Translations under genes and position numbers: made by a program
Part shown: positions 1 to 15,400 of the stretch, piece after piece
How positions within the stretch are numbered: the first letter of the stretch is position 1
Layout of the letters: the number at the start of each line of letters is the position of its first letter
NCBI RefSeq assembly: GCF_009914755.1
Contig: NC_060927.1
Source: the human T2T-CHM13v2.0 reference genome, Homo sapiens
Reading direction: 5' to 3' (one strand)
DNA length: 64,000 nucleotides
Notes under the pieces: generated by a model
The model's database searches: none
What the model saw: the letters and a program-made list of their open reading frames with translations, nothing else
What the model was told of the DNA's origin: nothing

Positions 1-75
1 CCTGACCTCAAGTGATCTGCCTGCCTCGGCCTCCCAAAGTACTGGGATTACAGGAGTAAGCCACCATACCCAGCC
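1..75 (-). mobile_element. Alu, 5' end (cut by window edge)
   Basis: cctgacctcaagtgatctgcc...ctcccaaagtactgggattacagg is the reverse-complement Alu left arm. Confidence 0.9.
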
Positions 76-660
76 CCCCTTACCTCTTACATACAGTTTT
101 ATGCCAGGGTAGAGAAGGGACAGTTGCCCTGCTACAAGGGTTGGAGGAGAAAATCTGAAGCCCTAACCATATCTTAAACAGACTTTCAACCAATGCTTGT
201 TTTCAACCCCTCTTTTCCTCTTTTCAGGAATATCATGTAACTAACATCAATTTTTGAGCTTATCAGGGGCTTCCCCTGGGCAAATGGAGTTGCTTCGAGG
301 CTTCTCACTCTATGAGATTGAATTTCAGTGCTCTGGGGTCTCCTTTAAATCAGACAAGTTTTAAAATTTTGTTGCTCCTCTCCTGTTCTCTTTGTATCTG
401 TGGTTTTACAGAGGGGGATTGTCTTTACTGTATTTTGGGGTAATTTCAAGAGGGAGTGAAGAAACACCTCTAAATGAATGGTCAGTTCATATTCAACTGA
501 ATAAGACAACCACGGTAACTATTAACCTCCTCAAACTAGCTACCTCTAATTCATCCTAAAACGAAACCACACATTTCACAGCATTTGAATAGACGATTTC
601 ACAGAAAATGTTATCTGGGAAATATAGCCAATGCAGCAAAAATATTGCAAGATATAATTA

Positions 661-1012
<352 letters not shown>

Positions 1013-1544
1013 AAGAAAAATGATACAGAAATTCAGGAAAACACCTCAAAGGAATGCTTTTATATGAGGAAGGTGCAAAAAAGATAAAGATACATTATCA
1101 CCAGAATGGGATAGTTACAAGCAAAAGAGACTATAATTATTTCTCATGAGAGAGAAGATTAGAATGATTAGAATGACCATAACTCTTACCAAACCATTCT
1201 GGATTCAATGAAGGGTAAGGAAGGGAGAGGGCACATATGATTCCTATAATTGGATCAGAATGATCAAAGAAACATTTTACCAGAAAGAATAAAGGGGCTA
1301 AAGATGCAATTTTCAGAGCTACTACACGGGTAATGTATAGATCTATATCAGATTACAATAAGGAGATGGCCCTGTAGCAGGGAAACAGGAAATCTCTGAA
1401 AATCCTCTTGGAATTAACTATCCACATGCATATTTCAGATGAAACATTTATATAAACAGAAACCTACTTTTGACTTACAATAAAGGTAGCCTTTGCTCTT
1501 AGATAACAGCTAGCAGAAAATTTTAAATTTTTTAAGTTATTTCA

Positions 1545-1806
1545 TTTTAGAGACAGAGTCTTGCTCTGTGGCCCAGGCACAATCATAGCTCACTGCAGCC
1601 TGGAACTCCCAGGCTCAAGCAGTCCTCCCACCTCCACCCCGCAAGTAGCTGGGACTAAGGGCAAGCACCACCACACCCAACTAATTTTTGTTTAAGAGAA
1701 GGGGTCTCACTATATTGTTCAGACTGATCTTGAACTCCAGGGCTCAAGTGATCCTCCTGCCTGCCCCCGTAGCTGGGATTACAGGGGCAAACCACTGGGC
1801 CTGGCT
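1545..1806 (-). mobile_element. Old Alu (AluJ-like), degraded
   Basis: gagacagagtcttgctctgt...ctcactgcagcc...caagtgatcctcctgcc. Confidence 0.85.
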
Positions 1807-2919
1807 AGGAGGATTTTCCAACTATATAAAGGCGCTTCAATGTTCCTGCCTTCTCTTCCTTCTTCCTCAATCCATAAGAAACAAAAAAATATAAAGAACA
1901 TAGGGGCTTGCTAAGAAAGGTTGCCAAGGGGATGGGAAAATGAAATCAAATTGTCACTCCAGAACCAAAACACTAAAAAGGATGGAACAAAAAAAACACT
2001 CAGCTCCAGTGCCAAGAAATGGATAGGAACTCTGGAGGAGATGTAGGTGGTTGTTTGGCAAATATGAGGTTGGGGTGGGTGGGGAATGAAACAAAGCAAA
2101 ACAAAACAAAACAAAACAAAAACTCTCAATCAACTCTAGTAAATACTTCGGAACCACAGATTAGTGGATATCTGTGATCCTTTATCTGTAGATGAAAGGA
2201 AGAGAAGAAAGAGAAATCTCAGCCAGGTAATTTCTGGCTATACTGGCACTTCCTCATGGTTATAAAAGATAGTGAGAATTCCCTTGGCACAGCCGTGTTT
2301 TAAGAATGAAAGTCCTAATCAAACAGCAATTGGACCTGTCAAAGGCATAAATTCAATCTTCTGAGAGCTTCAGTAAAATAAAAATCTGACCCACAGGCCA
2401 ATATTTGATTTCATAAAACCCTTGACAGCATATGTGGCCAGCAGTGATATTTCATTTCACAACTGAGTAAACCTATAAAAGTTGAATATCCTGGTGTCTG
2501 CACCAATCTTATGTTATCAGAAGCTAATGAATTACTGTGACACACATCATCAAATTGCCTCAAATTTGTGCCATTGTGAAAATCCAGTTTTGAAACTCAA
2601 AACCCCACGAAACTCTTGACTAACGACTCTTTCTACACAGTTAGATTGTGTCCAATCTAATAAAATAAATCTTAACACTATTTTAAAGAATGTTGAAATG
2701 CACAACTTTACAACAATTTTTAAATACAGAGCTATTTTCTTAGGATGAATTATTAAAGTAAAATGGTTTGGCCAAAGTTTTATCAATTATATTAAATGTT
2801 ATAGATTGTAAAACTACTCCAGTATCATTCTATAATTTCACCAGAAATAGAAGAGATGGACACTACGTTTGGTGGCATATTTTTTAATCTTTACTAATAC
2901 GATGGGAAAGAAATTGTCT

Positions 2920-3130
2920 CCTAGCCTAGATAGCATGGTGAGACCCTGTCTCTAAAACAGATTATTAAAAATTAGCTGGGTGTGATGATACACACCTGTA
3001 GTCCCAACTACTCAGGAGGCTGAGGCAGGAAGATTGCTTGAGCTCAGGAGTTGGAGTTTATACGATCCATGATCGCACCCACTGCACTCCAGCCTGGGTG
3101 ACAGAGACCCTGTCTCTAAAAAATAAATAA
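2920..3130 (+). mobile_element. Partial Alu (AluJ-like)
   Basis: gagaccctgtctct...aattagctgggtgtg...actgcactccagcctgggtgacagag followed by an A-rich tail. Confidence 0.85.
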
Positions 3131-4384
3131 CTTGGTTTTATTTCAGATTTTTGAATTACTAATAAAGGGTGAACATTTTCATAGGTTTATTGACTTTGTA
3201 TGATTTTGTATAGGTTTCAAGTGTTTTACTCATTTTTCCATTGTTTTTTTTTTCCTCAATGGTCTAGGAAAGTACTTGCCACATTAAGGAAATTCACTAT
3301 TTCTCTCTTTTGTATGTTACAAATATTTTCCTACTCTGCCCTTTAATTTTGTGGTGCTTAATAAAGTGGACCACATATAAACAAAGTTTCAGTACATTAA
3401 AATTTTCCTTTGTGATTTTTACCTCTTGATGTATGATCACTTTTTTTATAATTTTATAGATTTCTTTTGAGTCATGCTCATATGTAAGTAGCTTCAAGCT
3501 AATTTAGAAAATTAAACTATATACAGTTAATCATCTGCCAGGAACAAATGTCACAGAATTCTGGCTTCTGTTTTCCCTAACTAAAATTTACTGGCAGAAT
3601 GTCAACAAAACTAAAATGAGAGAAGAAACACATGCCCCTTAGCAAGTGACATCCAGTATTGCTATTCAAATGAACTGGGGTAATTCCACTAGCCTGAATG
3701 AATTTGAAGTCAGTAGTTTATACCTTTTAACTTTAATTCCTCACATTGCCACACTTCTGAATATCTTGGGCAAAGGACTTTCCTGTTCATCATTGCAATG
3801 TTCAATTTGACACTGTGAGATAGGAAAGGCAGGTATCATCTCCCTTTGCATGGATCAGGAAACCAAGGCTCAGAAACAATCATGATTGATTCTCCAACCA
3901 CTAAAGCTTGCAGTGTGTGGAATGCAGGTGTTTTGGACTCCTGGTCTAATGTTCTTTCCAGTACACTATGAGAGTTCTGCAAGTAAGGATGGAGAAGTAG
4001 TTATATAACAGACTCCACAGAGGAGTAAAGATGTAGAAAGGATGTATCCTCTAAGGGAAAATATAGACATTTCTATTACCCAATTCCCTTTTTCTACCTG
4101 TCTTACGGCTAACATTGTTAATAAAGAATCTCTGCCTTTGCCAAACTATCAAACTACTTAAAATAACTAATTTTGACAAAGCATTTTGCTAATAACACTA
4201 TCTGTTTAATTCTTAAGAAAGCAACAACAAAATTCATAAAAGTGAATCTGTTATTTCTAAAACATATGTGATTATGATACTAAGGTAAAGTAAAATATTA
4301 AGTAGGTATTAGAAAGTTATCTAATCACATGGTTGGTTGCTGGCTACCAGCCCCTATCCTGAAACTATCCAGGGGCCCAACAAT

Positions 4385-4530
4385 AGTTACCTCATTAGCA
4401 TGAACTCAGATATGATGAAAAGGGGTTCATTATAAATAATCAAAGATACTTCTCAGGAAATTCTAAGAGTTTAGGAGCTCTGTGCCAGGAACTGGAACAA
4501 AGACCAAATGTATGTTTTATTATATCACAC
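4385..4530. mobile_element. LTR fragment (MER21-like)
   Basis: caggaaattctaagagtttaggagctctgtgccaggaact...agaccaaat...tatatcaca resembles my recollection of the MER21 terminus. Confidence 0.5.
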
Positions 4531-4601
4531 TATGACAGACTTGGAGTGGGAGGGTATAAGAGAAGTAATTTGGAAGAAAATTCTAACCATGTACAGATTT
4601 G

Positions 4602-5118
4602 ATGCAGTTTAGTACACGGTATCCTAAAATATTGCACCCTAGCATTTGTGGAAAACAGCAGAAAAGGAAAGGTATCTCCGGCCTTCCCCCCAGCCCTTCC
4701 ACCCATAAAACCTAGGAAGAATTTTCTGAGCTTCCCCTGAAGCAGACCATACGACCCTCATTAAAGTGACCATCAGCACCTTCCCAATACCCAGAGGAAA
4801 GGAGCAAAAGACACAGAGGTGCCAAGAAAAGTGTGAACAAACACGCCTTACTAAATTCCCCATTTACTGCCATTAGATCATAACCTTGTCCTCTAAACAT
4901 ATTTCTCCATGACTGTCCACTCTTCATCAAACTAGCATAAGAAATACACAGGTTTGCCTAACTCTCTGGGTCTTCAGTGCCTTATAAAGTCTCCTCTGTG
5001 TTATTAAAAACTTATTAGATAAATTTGTATGTTTTTCTCTTGTTAATCGGTCTTTTGTTATAAGTGCCTCTGCCATGCCCTAGCGATGGGTGTGGAAAAG
5101 ACACTTCCCCTCACCTAT
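4602..5118 (+). mobile_element. Solo ERV1 LTR (MER39-like)
   Basis: Clear similarity to 54030-54592 (aaaactta...taaatttgtatg.ttttctcttgttaat; gaaaa.a.cagaa..aggaa). Family name from recalled consensus. Confidence 0.65.
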
Positions 5119-5686
5119 GGAATTTTACAGTCAAGTATATGTGCGGATACTTGCCCACTAGGAATCTCACATTGCTCCTTGGAAATGGCTAGATCTGTGC
5201 AGCTAATAAACCAGGCAATGCACTAGGAAGTTACATCCACATCTCATTTAATTCTCACTCTACTCTTGCAAGGGCAATATTACTATCAAAACCATTTTAT
5301 AAGTCACAAAGTCAAGGATGAAAAGTTAATGTGATCAAGTTGCAAGGTAAGCAAGGTTGTGTATCCAGTCCTGCTCACTCCTATTCCACCACACAGTCTA
5401 GTAATTTTTAAAACTTCCATGCCAAATGAAGTGTTAATCTGCTTGAAAAGAGGTGATTAGCATTACTGATGAAGACGATAAGAGAAACACATTATCAGAA
5501 AACATGTTTAATGCATTTAACTTTGGGAGTTTGAAAGAGACATCAAGAAAGGCATTAAAACTGGTTCCTACTTGGGTATTGCCTGCTACCTCTCAAATAA
5601 AAGCTAATAGTGTGGTGCTAGTGGTTGGTTCTTTAGTGGCATTTAAATAGAATAGATATCCACCTGGAATTACTGAGGGAAAACCA

Positions 5687-5801
5687 GTCTGTCTGCCTGT
5701 CAGTCTCTGTCTCTGTCTGTCTGTCTGTGTCTGTCTCTGTCTGTCTGTCTCTCTTTCTCTCTCTCTCTCTCTCACACACACACAGACACATACACACACA
5801 T
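5687..5801 (+). repeat. Compound microsatellite (TCTG)n(TC)n(CA)n
   Basis: Directly visible. Confidence 0.95.
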
Positions 5802-7603
5802 GCAGAGGCAATAAACAACAGAAAAACAGGACAGAATTCATACAGATTTTTCTGTATTTTAAAGAGCATTTCAAAGTTCAAAAAATACAATTCAAAAACA
5901 AACATGGAAAAACATTCATCCCTGCTATCAAAAAATGTTAATCAAACCAACATTAACTTATCATTCTATAGCTACCATATTAGCACTAAAAGTGATCCAT
6001 TTAATAACTAATCATTTATTCACTGTTTTGTTAATTATAAACTGAAACAAATCTTTTATATAGCATTATGGAGATATGTTTCAAAAGCCATGAAAATATT
6101 TTATCCAATGGCTCAATAATAAGTAAATAATTCAGAAAAAACATATACATGGATTTTGTTCACCAAATACTTTGTACTTTTTTCATTCTTGCTAAAGCAA
6201 AACATTGAAGACTCTGATCACCAAATTAATCTCACATTTAAAAAATTCAAATATGGCATTTAAATGCTATAAAATGTTAATACAAATAAGGGTAGATTTT
6301 GAATCAGTGAGACTTTTTGCCATTTATGAATCTATAAGCAGCATTTACTAGCTCAAATTATGAATGTCAAATAGTTTTTAGACTACACCAAGAGTAACAT
6401 AATTTTCCAGGTTATGTAGGAGAAAATTAAAGAAAGTTAAAAGAATTGACTCTCAAATGAAAATCACTTCACAAATTCAATTTAATTCAAATTAGCACTA
6501 AAACTAAGTGAGCATGATTTCATGTATATTAACAATGTATTACTAATTAATATTTTTAGTATCTTTACAAAGGTACTTCTTCTAAAGAAGTAACATTTCC
6601 AGAAAAAAAATACGGCACGATAATTGTAATAAATTTTATTCTACCTCAAAAAGGAAAAATCCAGCAAACGTTAAAAAGCATGTTGTTTTACTTCTTCACA
6701 TTCTCTTTCCTTTTATCATAGACTCTCAAAATCATAAAGTATCAAAAAAAGGTCTTTATTTTGAGCTTTCTGAGGGTAGGTTTTGTCCACTACAAAAACT
6801 TAGCACAATACCTAGGAAATATAGTATCTATTCATACAAGGAAATGAATTAATCTGAAATGTTACTAATCCAAGCACCCACCCATATTTCAATCTCATTA
6901 ATAGCGTCTCAAATCCTTGTTAACACCTTCAAGGAAGAAAACACAATTGTCAAAGTCATCCAGCACATCTTTGGTCAGCTATACTTCTTAAGAGCTAGTG
7001 GAAATTTCTCTCTCTGATATTCAGATATTAATCCAATGTTTAATTCACTGGGGTTCTGTGGTAGAATTTTATCCTGGTTCACATAAAGTCCTTGCAATAT
7101 CCAGATCCAGACTGAAAGAAGGGATCAAATTAGGTGACCCAACTTTTCCACTCAGATATATATTCAACAGACTTGACAACGTATGTCCACACAAAAACCT
7201 GTACATGAATGTTCACAGCAGCGTTATTCGTAACAGCCCCCAAAAAGCAAATGACCCAAATTTCCATCAACTGATGAATATATAAACAAAATGTGGTATA
7301 GTCATACAACGATATATTATTTGGCAATAAGAAGAAATGAAATACTGATAATGCTACAACATGAATGAATCTTGAAAACATTACGCCAAATGAAAGAAGC
7401 CAGTCACAAAGGTCACATATATGATTCCCTTTATATGAAATGTCCAGAACAGATAACAGACAAATCAATAGAGACAGAAATATTAGTTGCCACAGCATGC
7501 TTGGAAGAGAGAAATGGAGAATAATTGCTAATAGGTTTGGGGTTTCTTCTTGGGGTGCCGAAAATGTTCTGAAATTAGATAGTGGTTATAGTTGCACAAC
7601 TCT

Positions 7604-7908
<305 letters not shown>

Positions 7909-7910
7909 CC

Positions 7911-7923
7911 TTTTTTTTTTTCT

Positions 7924-7956
<33 letters not shown>

Positions 7957-8243
7957 TTTTGAGGTGGAGTCTCGCTCTGCCGCCCAGGCTGGAGTGCAGG
8001 GGCTCAATCTCAGCTCACTACAACCTCCACCTCCTGGGTTCAAGCAATTCTCCCTGCCTCAGACTCCCAAGTAGCTGAGATTACAGGGGTTCGCCACCAC
8101 AGCCTGCTAATTTTTGTATTTTTAGTAGAGACTGGGTTTCGCCATGTTGGCTAGGCTTGTCTCAAACTCCTGACCTCAGGTGATCCACCCGCCTCAGCCT
8201 CCCAAAGTGCTGGGATTACAGGCATGAGACACCGTGCCTGGCC
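7911..8243 (-). mobile_element. AluS
   Basis: Long T-rich tail followed by reverse-complement Alu ending cctggcc. Confidence 0.95.
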
Positions 8244-9333
8244 AATAGTTGCACAACTCTGTTGATACACTAAAAAACACTTAAATGTATACTTTAAAAA
8301 TGGTGAATTTTATGGTATGTGAATAATATCTCAATAAAGCCTTTATTAAAAAATTGGAAAGTGTTCAAGCACAAGCTGGCTGATTATTTGTGTGAGTACT
8401 GTAGAAAGAATTATTTCTACTGATTATTGTACTATATAGTCCAAATATTTGATGATTTTTTACAATTTCAACAGAGCTAAATGCCGCTGACTTAAAATGA
8501 ACAAAGGAGTTAAGCAGCTCTTTATATTAAGACGATTGGTCCATTAAGAGAATTAAAAGTAAACCTCATCAACTGCACAAAACCAAAGCCTCCTCTCAAG
8601 AAGTCTAATATAAAAGGTTAAAAAATTTGAATAAAACATTCATTTATTCCTCTACTTTAGTGAGAAACAGACTTTGAGGAGATATTTAAAAAGCAGACTG
8701 AGAAGTTAGCTTTGCTGACCATAATTCAGCCTATATAATATTAAGATTAAAACACCTTATTTTAAACATACTTAGAGATTCTCTTTGCTAATCAGGACCT
8801 AATTTACTTAGCCTTTTCACATGATCAAATGGCAATTTACTATCAGAATTACCAATGACCTACCACAATAGTAGTTAAGAATTATGCCATAGTTAAATAT
8901 CTAGCTATTTTATTAGTATAAATATAAATTTATATTTAAAATAAATAAATTTGACTAAATTTATACTAATATGAATTTATACTAATATATAGTATAAATT
9001 TAAACTAATATTAATACATCATAGTATTAGTATAAAGAAAGTATTACCATTGTATTAAAATATTAACATTCATTTCTTTGTGGGGAAAATAGGCATATCT
9101 GTACTCAATACATTTAAGATTAAGAATTATATAACCCAGTGTTCAAGTTATCACTTCCTGTCTTAAAAGCTGCTAGAAACTGTTTTAAATGACTCATAGA
9201 TAAGATTTTTGTGAACTAGTGATATTTACCACCTTTGCAAAATTCAAAGTATACCTATATTTAACCCCAAAAGAAAGACATATCTTTCATGAGTACTTTT
9301 AAGTAAACTTTCATTTTAACAGTCTAATGATAC

Positions 9334-9504
9334 CTTTTGCTCCACCTTCAAAAACTGAGCCAGTTCTTCCACAGTTAGGTGATCTTTCTTGTCACTGTAG
9401 CTCAAAAGTAACAAATAAAGGTCTCGTCTCAAAGACATCATTTTGTAAAAAACACAGAACTCTTCAAATGTCAAAGTTCCCTGATTCTCATCTGTGTCGG
9501 CTTC
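9334..9504 (-). CDS. PLCH1: PLCH1 coding exon (171 bp), EF-hand region
   Basis: EADTDENQGTLTFEEFCVFYKMMSLRRDLYLLLLSYSDKKDHLTVEELAQFLKVEQK. Acceptor cccttttcAG (9505-9506) and donor AAG|GTATCA (9332-9333). Phase 0 at both ends. Confidence 0.95.
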
Positions 9505-9594
9505 CTGAAAAGGGCATAGAGAAAATAAAGTAATATGAAAGTTAGAAATAGGAAATTCAGTACTGGGAAATAATATTTACTATAAAAGAGCTAG

Positions 9595-10125
9595 TACACA
9601 AATCCCAAGAGGTGAGCACACATTCTCTTCGAGCACACATTCTCTTCAAGCACACATGGAACATTATAAAGCAACCACATATTTGGCCAGAAAGTTTCAA
9701 CAAATTATAAGGAATCAACCTCACACAAACCAATTGTTCTGACCACTGTAAATTTATAAATCAACAAAGAAACCTTAAAAAAAAAAAAACCTGTAGAAAC
9801 AATACAATTCTAGATAGGAAATAAAACATATGGAAGTGAAAAATACACTACATATTAAAACTTATAAAATAACATTAGAAACTTGAAGTCTTAAATTACT
9901 AGAGAGCAAAGATTTTAAAAAGAAGTTAATAATTCAACTCAAAAAATGTGAAACAAAATTAAGCGAGGAAAATAAATTATAAACAAAAGCAAAAAGTAAT
10001 AAAATAGAAAACAAACAGCTGTAACATACACGTGAGAAAGAAAACCAAAGCCCGATTTCTAAAGAACCAATAAAAATGAGAAATCTTGAAAAAGACTAAT
10101 CAAGAACAAAAGAAAGAAGATATAT
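9595..10125 (+). mobile_element. Ancient L1 ORF2 fragment (L1M-type)
   Basis: cacattctcttcaagcacacatggaacatt...ttctgaccac... A-rich and collinear with the endonuclease-linker region of the younger L1s in this window. Confidence 0.6.
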
Positions 10126-11926
10126 TTAACACTTGAGAAAAATAACAGTCTCTCATTGGTTTCTGAACTGTAATCCAATCAAATGTAATTTTTACCTATG
10201 AGAGAATCTCTCTTAATTCTCCAAAGATAGAGTTGATGCTCTTAAAGCCATGGGCATCCTTGGTAACTCCCTGCTTTCCCTCCGTAGAAAAGTCTAAACA
10301 ATCCATCTGGATTGATTTCTTGTTAAAATTGTTTCTAGTAATTATTGAGCATGAAGCTTCCATCATATGCCTTACTTACAGGTTGGCTGAATTATTCATA
10401 AAACCATAAAACTATTGGGGATAAATAATAAGCAACTGACCCACTTATGTGCTCTTCTTCATTCTAAGTGAACACAATTCTAAGTAAACAAAAACAGACA
10501 GGGAATGAACGGCATTTTGAAATGCATAGAATTTGTGAAGTACACTCAACTGTTATATGGTATTAAACAAAGCTTTGAAAGTCAAAGTGGTCATTAAAAT
10601 CTTTTTAAAATTTTGCTAACTTTGGGTCAATTATGAACAAATGCTTCCAAATTTTACTTTCAATAATTACCCAAGAAATCATGATTTGTATAGGTACAGA
10701 CTTTGTCCCCCCCCTTTAGGATTGGCCTCTTACATTGAATCAGCAGCTACCTCTTCAACGCTGTGATCAGCTCCTGTGCAAATGAACAGACAGGAGGTGG
10801 GGCTCACAGCAGGGCAAAAGTGAGATGACACGGAATACCAGAAACATGGCAAACCTTCCCATATGTTTAAAGATAATTCATTTGCCCTCCAAAGTCCCTC
10901 ACTCCATCTCTCAGGTTCCCTATACAGCAAATCTCATTCCTTCCTCCTCTTCCCATTCTCTCATGCTGTTCTCCAGTGCAATGGGACTCAGTTTCCCACA
11001 ATGCAAACCATCTCCAACCAAGAACAGGGCCACCCTTAAAAGGGTCACAGAACAGAGCCAGCCTCTGTCTTCCATTTATTGTTGCAACACATACCCCATG
11101 TTGTCTCTGCTCTTACCACCTCTAAGAACAAGTACAAACATTAAACATCATATTGCCCTCCTATGCTTATTTTTACATGTACAAAGTATCACCTAGAAAA
11201 TCATTGCAAAACATGGATTATGCACGCAACTTATCTTCAAATAATAGCCTGTTACAAATTAATACTCTAGTAATTTCTAATAGCCTAACATTGTCTTTGC
11301 CCTGACTTAAACTTAAGAGAGCTCACTTCGGTACTCAGGTAAGGATTAAATGCAGTCCTAGCTGGATGCCACAGAATAAGTCTGGGCCCAAGAATTTTTC
11401 TCAATGACTCATCAACAGGGAAAGAGCCTTTCATCTAACCAACAAGGAGTTGAATGAAATTCTGGAGAGCTCCCTAAATGGCAGGAGTGAATTGCCCTCC
11501 TAATCCTCATGGATACTAAATCCTGAACTCCTCAGAAACAAAATACAGAGCTCTTGAGGTTTTAGACAAGGGCTATTTTTTGTCATGTTACTTAGTCTTT
11601 ATTCTGATCCTCACAAGAGCCCTGCGAAGTAGGCAAATGAGGTATTACTGTCCTCTCAAAGGGACTGGAGCAAGTTTCCTCCATTATTTGTCAGGAAAAC
11701 AGCAACGATAACAAAAAAGCGTTTTAGGAAGTGAAATTTTGGACGAATGTTAAATTTATAAAGTCTTTTTACTTGAAACAAAATCATTTCTTCATCAAAG
11801 AAAAATAAAACAGTACAGAGCACATATATTAGCTTCCAACAAAACAAAATAGCTTTTTAATATACCTAAGTATGTTAATAACCTCTGTGTATTTTATATA
11901 AGGCCAGTGAAATTGTGAAAACTTAC

Positions 11927-12056
11927 CTGAAACATTTGTCTGACTTTTCTTCGGGGCAGATTAACATTCAGTTTATGCATCAGCTGATGTATCTCTTCAA
12001 TATTCAGCAAGCCGTCACCATTCTTATCAGCTTCCTCAAAGGTCTGCTTCACCCAT
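11927..12056 (-). CDS. PLCH1: PLCH1 coding exon (130 bp), first EF-hand
   Basis: (Q)WVKQTFEEADKNGDGLLNIEEIHQLMHKLNVNLPRRKVRQMFQ, with canonical EF loop DKNGDGLLNIEE. Preceded by an AC acceptor and followed by CAG|GTAAGT. Not in the supplied ORF track; read manually. Confidence 0.95.
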
Positions 12057-12210
12057 GTGCAGAAAGGTCAAAGAAAACACCTGTGCTCTCATCAAAATTA
12101 AAAACTGCTCTCTCACAGAATACTCGCAAAGACATTTATCAGTAACACAGAACTTGAGAAGAAATTATTTTGAGGAGCCCCTGCAATCCATAGGCTCTGA
12201 TGAGCTACTA

Positions 12211-12621
<411 letters not shown>

Positions 12622-15041
12622 TTATTTTGAGCATCTTTAATTCAGACATTCTTATTCAATCTTATCCAAATTAAATATCAAATCTATTATTGCAAAACAC
12701 TATATCACTATCCTAAATGGAAGGAGTGAATTACCCTCCTAATCCTCATGGATACTAAAACCTCATGGATACTAAAAGCTACATTACTGGTTCTAATTTC
12801 ACTCTAGCAAGAAAATGACACCTTAATTCACACCTCCAATAGCAAACTCCATAAACATAAATATTTCTATATGACTTTAAACGTTATCCCTTTTTGCTTT
12901 TCATTTTCTGACCAGTTTTTCTCAGTTATGCTGCCATGTTCATAACACAAATCTTGTGTCCCTATTAGTTCTCATTCACAAGGTTAGAGTTCTTCGTTTA
13001 TGAGGCATACAGATGGCATGTAGCAGGAATGGCCCAGTATTACATCTCTCTGACACTTTCTGTTTAAGAATCTCTTTATGATGAAACCCCAAATATCATA
13101 AATATAGGGCTTATCTTCTCCTATGCCCTTTTACCTACTATCTTTTTACCTTCACAATACCCCATGGTACATGATCTTTTCAATTCTCTTTTCTCTGTCC
13201 CACTCAGACATTTAGCAAATTAGACCATCTAGTTCAATCTCATCATTGTTCAGATAAGGACATAAAATGAGAGGAGAGAGAGAAATCTGATAAAAATTAG
13301 TATGAGAACCAGGTCTCAACCCAGGTCTTTTGTACCTGATTTAGCACACTCTTCTACACATAAGGTCTGTCTCTACACCACGCTTCTCTTCCTATTACTG
13401 GCTTTGATGGTTCTCACTTAATTGGCCCAAATTTCTAAATCACGGGCAGGTAATGTGAAGTACAAACATAATGTGCTAGGAGGTGCCCTCAAAGCTCAGG
13501 TATGAGATTAAGTGACTGAGAATTAGAAGCTGAGTTTAGATACAAAAGGTTTACATCATGTGAACTGAAATTTTAAAAGATCCTCAGTGGGAGGAGCCTT
13601 GGGTTGCGTTACATAGTGAGAATGCAGATGAAATGGTAACACAGGAATTGAAAATTCCCAGTTAACTTTTAGCAAAGGATTTTTTCAAATGGATGATTCA
13701 TAGTTGTTGAGGGGTAGGTTACAAAAGGCAAGTACTGCGTGCATATTTAGAAAACCAATTAAACTTCAATATTGAAGGGTAATGGAGAGGAAAAGAATAA
13801 GGTGATAGATAGAAAGAAACCAGAGAATCAAAGTAAGCTAAAGGTATAGTTTTAAAAACCAAGAAATGGGAGAATGAATGTATATCAGAGGAGAGGGTAC
13901 AGCATATTTCCATTTCTATGCGATTCAAATTATGACTGTAGAAGATTATACCTCAGAAAGTAAAAACAACTAGAAAGGTAAGGTATTATGTCTTCTAAAA
14001 TTAAGTAGAGGATATTTTCAGATCGCCTTACTTCATATTTTGTAAATACCTTATTTCATATTTTTTCCCTTTAAAACTTTTAAAATAACTAGCCCAGCTC
14101 TTTCTAGTTCAATTTTTCCTTATAGACTTGTCAGGACCTCATTTTATATGACCCCTGGAAGTTAAGGGAGGTCCAGATCTGGGGGGAAAGTAACCGAAGA
14201 ACCAAAAGGGTGAAACATTTGGCCCAATCACTAATAAGTGCCTGAGTCTCATTTTCTTCTGTTTTCAAGGCACGCAGCACCCACTTCGGGCTTTCAACTA
14301 TGGACACTACTCTATGCCCCACAAAGTACATGGCTGGAGTTCAAAGAAGTGACAAAAGGAGTCTGACGGCAGTAATATTTTTATCCTTTTACTCTATAAT
14401 TCTTTATCAAATATAATTCTTTATCGAAGCCTCTCAAAGTCTTCTCCAGAGAAGAGGCAGGGACAGCCAAACCCTAAGCATGTGTGTATTCTGCAGATAC
14501 AAACATTTAGGATAAGCCTGTGTCTGTCTGCAAAGCCTTTAGCACCAACACGGAAATCGGCCTTGATTATTGGTTTAGGGAACTGGTAAAGTAAAAACAG
14601 AGGCAGAATCAAACCAAGAAATGTACAGTAGTCCTAATTCTACTGCTTACTTGGCCTTGTGACAGTGGGTTACTCATATCACCTCCTGGAGCCTCCATTT
14701 CTTCACCTACAATATCAAGGAGCACAACTTTTAACCTTGAAATCCCTTCCAACTCTAAGATTCCATAAATGAAAAAACCATTCTTTCCAGTAACGGTCCA
14801 CATAGTATACAACTCCAGGTAAAAATGTCCTGATATCTTAAAGATGTTCTTCATAATTAAGATATGAGTGTCCAATAAAGCCCTGAATTAATAATTTATA
14901 GCCACACCATAATAATTTTAAAAAGAGAAACAGTCATTCCTCAGAGAAAATCTGGGTGAGACTGAATGTGAAGTAATGATCTAGGATTTTCTATCAAGAG
15001 ACTGTAGGAGCATGCAAAGCATTGAATGATCCTATCTAGTA

Positions 15042-15400
15042 CAGGGGAGGGCAAACTTTTCTGTAAAGGGCCTGATAGTGAATATTTTAAGTTTTGCAGG
15101 ACATTTGCTCTCAGCTGCAACTATTCCACTCTGTCACTGTTATGAGAAAGCAGCCATACAGATATAAATGAATGAACACGGTTGTGTTCCAATAAACCTT
15201 TATTGGAATTTCAGAAATTCCAATAAAACCTTTATTAAAATTTCAGAACCCTGAAATTCTAATTTCAAGTAATTTTCACAGGTCACAAAATGTTTTTCTT
15301 TTGATTTTTTTTAACCATTTAAAACCCATTCTTAGCTCAGGAGTCCACGCAAAAATCCTCCTGGATTCGGAGTGGGCCAGATTTGCCCAGCAGTTTGACG
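15042..15400. mobile_element. MER58-like hAT-Charlie non-autonomous DNA transposon
   Basis: caggggagggcaaacttttctgtaaagggcc...gtgttccaataaa...ggccagatttgccc...agtttg. Confidence 0.8.

Noticed and set aside
9614-9657. 17 bp tandem repeat gagcacacattctcttc
   Set aside because: Ordinary slippage duplication inside an old L1 fragment.
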